Shown one piece after another: positions 27,271 to 30,979 of a stretch of DNA of 30,979 nucleotides. The notes beneath the pieces were generated by a model. The model made no database searches, had not been told where the DNA came from, and saw only the letters and a program-made list of their open reading frames with translations. Each line of letters begins with the position of its first letter. Position 1 is the stretch's first letter. Position numbers and translations under genes: made by a program. Source of the DNA: a virus (Duplodnaviria > Caudoviricetes); IMG/VR virus record IMGVR_UViG_3300032295_000239, positions 1-30,979 of that record; one strand, given 5' to 3'.

Positions 27271-27404
27271 TTCCCTTGTCCTTTATATTGTTTTTTGTAA
27301 TTCTTACTTGTCTTTGTCTTACTCGTCTTTGTCTTAGCATGCACACCAGGTCTACTTACCTTTGGCTTCACTATAAATGATGATATGTCTTTCTGCTTTT
27401 TCAT
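27267..27404 (-). CDS. 45-aa Lys-rich microprotein MKKQKDISSFIVKPKVSRPGVHAKTKTSKTKTSKNYKKQYKGQGK (not in ORF track)
   Basis: Exactly fills the gap, with a TAATG overlap with the amidase stop and an ATGA overlap with the next start. The RPGVH.K...YKGQG pattern recurs in small phage ORFs. Confidence 0.85.
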   Translation of the reverse strand: MKKQKDISSFIVKPKVSRPGVHAKTKTSKTKTSKNYKKQYKGQGK

Positions 27405-28051
27405 TACAAACTCTTTAACATCTCAATTACTCGTGGACATGGATACATGTCAGACTTATCTTTTCTTACTGAATTGTGAGTAAATATACCATCATCACCT
27501 TTCATAGCTCTTTTCGATAAATCCCAAATGTCATCATTATAATCCTTAGGTATGTCATATGTCTCACACAAATATACAACCAATTGACGTAAGCTCTCAA
27601 TCTGCTCATCAGTATATTTCTGCCAAAGAAAATGTCCTTTAAATGGCTTGTCAAGTTTAGTTACTTCACTTGGATCAACAACACCACCAACATAATTATA
27701 GAACTTACCATTCTTCTCTTTAAGTGGACCATAATTACATACCTCAATGCCAACTGAGAATTTATCAAGTGGTTTATAAGGTAATCCCATATTTGAAAAT
27801 GGAGCATTCTTTAGTCCTAAATGATAAGCCCACTCTCTAGATGAAAAACACTGAACAATAGTACCCCTGCTACCTATTACAAATGCAGTAGCAACTCTAT
27901 CTTTTGTAGTATCCCAATATTTAGATACAGCAACAGCATTTCCACCTCCAGCAGTATGGTGCAAGTAAATCTGATTCTTAGGAGTTTCCTCTTGAAAATA
28001 TTGGCTATCCTTTAGTCTAGCCTGAACTATTTTTGTTATATCTAACTTCAT
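27404..28051 (-). CDS. Endolysin, N-acetylmuramoyl-L-alanine amidase (Amidase_2-like, 215 aa)
   Basis: IYLHHTAG, AYHLG, SVGIEV, YTDEQIESL and THNSV..DK.D..P zinc-amidase motifs. Confidence 0.85.
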   Translation of the reverse strand: MKLDITKIVQARLKDSQYFQEETPKNQIYLHHTAGGGNAVAVSKYWDTTKDRVATAFVIGSRGTIVQCFSSREWAYHLGLKNAPFSNMGLPYKPLDKFSVGIEVCNYGPLKEKNGKFYNYVGGVVDPSEVTKLDKPFKGHFLWQKYTDEQIESLRQLVVYLCETYDIPKDYNDDIWDLSKRAMKGDDGIFTHNSVRKDKSDMYPCPRVIEMLKSL

Positions 28052-28473
28052 GTTAATTTATCTGCTTCTTCTTTTGCCCTTGTTACGAACTCTCTTAATG
28101 ACTTTAGTAAGTTCTTACCAGTAACCGATTCATAGCTTTCATTAATTGACTTAATCTCTACAGCAACACAAAAGAATGCTACTATCTTTGTCATTACAAG
28201 ATCAACTGATATAAAGTGAGCTAGTAAATCAGCAGCTATGTATTTCTCAACCAAAAATATAAATAATATTGCTCCACAATACAAAAGTGATTTACTTACA
28301 ACGTGAGACAATCTTCTACTTCTAATAGCCTTCCATCCTCCTTTTCTAACACTTCGCCAAATGCCAAATGCCGTATCTAAAACAATTGCAAGTAAAGCAA
28401 CATATATCATTGGTTTGACTGGAGAAAGTACTGCTAAAAATGATGCTGCTAGTAAAAGTAATTTTGTTTTCAT
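28048..28473 (-). CDS. Holin (141 aa)
   Basis: Several hydrophobic segments, D.AFGIW, I.SRRL and EIKSINE motifs. It lies upstream of the endolysin. Confidence 0.8.
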   Translation of the reverse strand: MKTKLLLLAASFLAVLSPVKPMIYVALLAIVLDTAFGIWRSVRKGGWKAIRSRRLSHVVSKSLLYCGAILFIFLVEKYIAADLLAHFISVDLVMTKIVAFFCVAVEIKSINESYESVTGKNLLKSLREFVTRAKEEADKLT

Positions 28474-28919
28474 ATTAAGTAATTTCTTATAATCCTATAC
28501 GTAGTATATATTATAAGCAAAATTAATAAAATTCCTAGAACATTATGCAGCAATATCTTATACCAAGGAGTCTTTTCGTAATACTTTACAGGTATCTTCC
28601 TATAGACTATCCGTTCTATCGGCTTTTCGATATATACAGTGTCGCATTTGCCATTTATATATACCTTGTCTTTTACTCGCCAAACCTTAACTTTTATCCG
28701 ATCTTTCTCTATGGTAACTGTATCATAAAGCTCTTTAATACTAACTATAGTATCAACCTGAACGTCTGGAATAGTAATGCGAATTGTATCGCGTATTGTA
28801 TCTCTAATTACAAGCGTGTCACTTGTTAAAAGATATGGGTACTTCTTAACTAACCTGTCAAATCTTCGTTGAGGTGTGCATGATAAAATGATTAACAAGA
28901 AAGGTATAAGGTACTTCAC
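28470..28919 (-). CDS. Putative unimolecular spanin (149 aa, GTG start)
   Basis: Lipoprotein signal (MKYLIPFLLIILS-C), beta-rich DT-repeat middle and a C-terminal transmembrane helix. It sits in the lysis cassette. Confidence 0.7.
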   Translation of the reverse strand: MKYLIPFLLIILSCTPQRRFDRLVKKYPYLLTSDTLVIRDTIRDTIRITIPDVQVDTIVSIKELYDTVTIEKDRIKVKVWRVKDKVYINGKCDTVYIEKPIERIVYRKIPVKYYEKTPWYKILLHNVLGILLILLIIYTTYRIIRNYLI

Positions 28920-28922
28920 TTA

Positions 28923-29498
28923 TTATCCAACATTAAAGATTGTAAAATTAACAGATGGAGACAATGGTCTTGTTGGATTAGATCCAGCTGCTGTTGATAA
29001 TAATTTCATTCCAGTAGCTTGTGACCACCAATAAAACTTTATTACTTGACCAGCTGTCAATGATATTGTATCTGTAATATTTGCAAGAGTTTGATCATTC
29101 TGAGCTCCTGTTGTTGTGAATGTGAATGCTGAATTTGGCACAATTACATCATCAATAGTAAACCATACGGTGACATTATAATTTGATGCACCACCAGTGA
29201 ATGCAAGCTGCATCAATAAGTTAATAAAGTAAACTCCATTATTCAATACTTCAATTGAATCATTACTTAATGTAAATCCAGTTGATTGTTGTGTTGTATT
29301 TATTTTAACTTGATTAGCTGTTGTAGCCCCTCCATTATTTTGAGTTGTGGTATCAAAAAATGTTGCTGAGTATAAACTCGTTCTAATCTCATCAATAGTA
29401 TACACCTCTGTCGGGCTGTTCGCTTGACTGGACTTTCTTTCAACCATGTCAACGCCTGGCTGAATTCCTATAAATCTTGTTCCTGCTGGTACGCTCAT
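28923..29498 (-). CDS. Short fibre/spike protein with C1q/BclA-like beta-sandwich tip (191 aa)
   Basis: About 40-aa N-terminal anchor, then GVYFINL..QL, VWF....V.NSA and LTAGQVI..YW strands. Confidence 0.55.
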   Translation of the reverse strand: MSVPAGTRFIGIQPGVDMVERKSSQANSPTEVYTIDEIRTSLYSATFFDTTTQNNGGATTANQVKINTTQQSTGFTLSNDSIEVLNNGVYFINLLMQLAFTGGASNYNVTVWFTIDDVIVPNSAFTFTTTGAQNDQTLANITDTISLTAGQVIKFYWWSQATGMKLLSTAAGSNPTRPLSPSVNFTIFNVG

Positions 29499-29504
29499 AT
29501 CTTA

Positions 29505-29726
29505 TTAATTAAAAGGTGGTGGTGTTGGTTTTGGTTCAAAAGGACTCAAAGGAATATCTAATAAATAAGCGTATTCAGTCGGAGCAATATCCGCTTCGTC
29601 TTGTTCACTTAAAAATAAAAAATATACATCGTTAATATCCTGAACGAAATTAAAAAATGTGTCAGCGTCAAAGAATACTCCTTGTAATTCTTCTGCTTGT
29701 TGGTTTGTTACTATTCTACCTTGCAT
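29505..29726 (-). CDS. Small acidic protein following the fibre gene, possible fibre chaperone (73 aa)
   Basis: FFN.VQDIND motif and Pro-rich C-terminus, tightly packed between its neighbours. Confidence 0.6.
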   Translation of the reverse strand: MQGRIVTNQQAEELQGVFFDADTFFNFVQDINDVYFLFLSEQDEADIAPTEYAYLLDIPLSPFEPKPTPPPFN

Positions 29727-29731
29727 AATAC

Positions 29732-30979
29732 CTAAATATTTCTGGATAATGTTGTTTGATATGCTTGTACTCTTGTATAAATGTTTTGCATTTCTGTATT
29801 GTTAAATCCTTCTCCAATATAGAAAAATGCAATTTCTCTATTATTAAAAAATGTTCCTGTTCCACCGTTATTACTTGCTCCTATCCATAAATTCCCATTA
29901 GAATCACCAGTCGAGGCTTGTGTTCCAGTATATTGAGCTGTATTTATATTTAATCTTATTGAACTTAATGCAGTTCTTGAGCCTTGGAATAAACCTCTTG
30001 AATCTAAATTAGCTGTTTGAAATCCTCCACTATTATCATTTATATAACAATATGCAGTGTTATTTGTCCACCTTTCAAATATTTCAAAAGTGTTAGAAAC
30101 TCTTTGACCATGAGCTCCAGTTGTTAATGTATCTGTTCTGTTATAAACACCCATTGAAGCACTATTCCTTGGTAAAGATTGAGTCAAAGGATTAAAGCCA
30201 GTATTTGCATAAGCACTTGTTCCATTTGGTGTCATTCCTGTTGAACTATGAGTCCATGCGTTTGTAAATGTCAAGTTAAATGTGCCTGGAGTCTTAAGAT
30301 TAACAGCGTGAGAACTTGCTACACCTCCCACAATTGGATATATTGATTTCATCTTAGTCCATATACCGTCCGCTTTCATTCCTATTACAAGGTTATTAAT
30401 TGCGTCTGCTTGAACTTGGTCTGTAATATTAGCAGCCGTAACAAAAGCTTGTGCGTCTGCGTCTGAAACTGTTTGTGTGCCTATTGACCTACCTAAAGTT
30501 GTTTGATATGCTTGTACCGCTGTGTAAAAATTAGCTGCTTCTGTATCTGTTAGTCCGTCTCCTATTGAACTAAATGCTATTTCATTATTAAAATAATTAG
30601 CGTTATTTCTTGAAGCACCTATATACATACTGCTTGTATTTAAGGCACTTGAATTAGTTGTAGAATTAAATATTTGTGTAGTATTTACTCTATATTTTTT
30701 TACGTTAGCCCCTGTTCTAATAGCTATATGAAACCCTCTCACATCATAAGTAACTATTGCAAAATCACTAAAACTGTCATTTACTCTTATTGAATATTGA
30801 TTTGCAGCTTGTTTTGGCCAGATATATAATCCATTATTATAACTTCCAGCATCTTCGCTACTTATAATTGGTCCTGGTGAATTTATATTATTTCTAATGT
30901 AACCTGATATATGCGTTGAATTTAAAGATAAAATAGAATTCGGTATTAATGATGTGTTTGCATAAGCACTTGTTCCATT
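29732..30979 (-). CDS. Fibre/receptor-binding protein with tandem ~250-aa repeats (LamG/ConA-like inferred); 5' end beyond window
   Basis: The frame is open from 30979 (NGTSAYANTSLIP...), so the track's GTG at 30742 is internal. Repeated NGTSAYANT, RG(F/L), IGA, EIAF..IG.G....E....YT.VQAYQTTL motifs. Confidence 0.75.
   Translation of the reverse strand, partial: NGTSAYANTSLIPNSILSLNSTHISGYIRNNINSPGPIISSEDAGSYNNGLYIWPKQAANQYSIRVNDSFSDFAIVTYDVRGFHIAIRTGANVKKYRVNTTQIFNSTTNSSALNTSSMYIGASRNNANYFNNEIAFSSIGDGLTDTEAANFYTAVQAYQTTLGRSIGTQTVSDADAQAFVTAANITDQVQADAINNLVIGMKADGIWTKMKSIYPIVGGVASSHAVNLKTPGTFNLTFTNAWTHSSTGMTPNGTSAYANTGFNPLTQSLPRNSASMGVYNRTDTLTTGAHGQRVSNTFEIFERWTNNTAYCYINDNSGGFQTANLDSRGLFQGSRTALSSIRLNINTAQYTGTQASTGDSNGNLWIGASNNGGTGTFFNNREIAFFYIGEGFNNTEMQNIYTRVQAYQTTLSRNI

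Noticed and set aside
28545-28829. Plus-strand 94-aa ORF as a nested o-spanin
   Set aside because: It is antisense to the operon, and the 149-aa protein already has both the lipobox and the TM anchor.
16004-29734. Stop-codon reassignment as seen in some crAss-like phages
   Set aside because: TAG (16004, 20661, 26351, 29732), TGA (27267, 28048) and TAA all end genes at tight junctions, and long ORFs are intact under the standard code.
1-30979. Integrase, transposase, intron/intein, reverse transcriptase or virion RNA polymerase
   Set aside because: No corresponding motifs seen. TerL, portal and capsid appear uninterrupted.

Overview
The window is an AT-rich, gene-dense segment of a tailed phage with podovirus-type gene order. 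Every credible gene is on the minus strand. TAnnTTTG promoter boxes, A-rich starts lacking Shine-Dalgarno sites, a BACON-like domain and the lysis genes point to a Bacteroidota (probably Flavobacteriia) host. The architecture resembles Cellulophaga phi38:1-like or distant crAss-like phages, judged from memory and not by search. In transcription order (right to left): fibre/receptor-binding genes, lysis cassette (u-spanin, holin, amidase), a 45-aa basic microprotein, a DUF1566-like protein, a double GroES-like protein, TerS, TerL and portal. Next come an inserted block (71-aa and 213-aa ORFs plus a ~350-bp palindrome array), scaffold, major capsid, head-completion/ring proteins and a tail nozzle split into two genes. 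The last group is a GNAT-like protein, two ejection proteins and a >2085-aa giant ejected protein (1-6255) that the ORF track misses because it runs off the window. The giant gene is the most interesting object. It carries a DdrB-like ParB domain and appears to hide extra products in other frames. These are an overprinted 44-aa MPFKSK-type basic protein, a 31-aa cationic peptide also ending QSKK, and an A10 slippery run leading into a start-less -1 frame aromatic beta-strand peptide. All family assignments come from motif recognition and synteny, not database searches.
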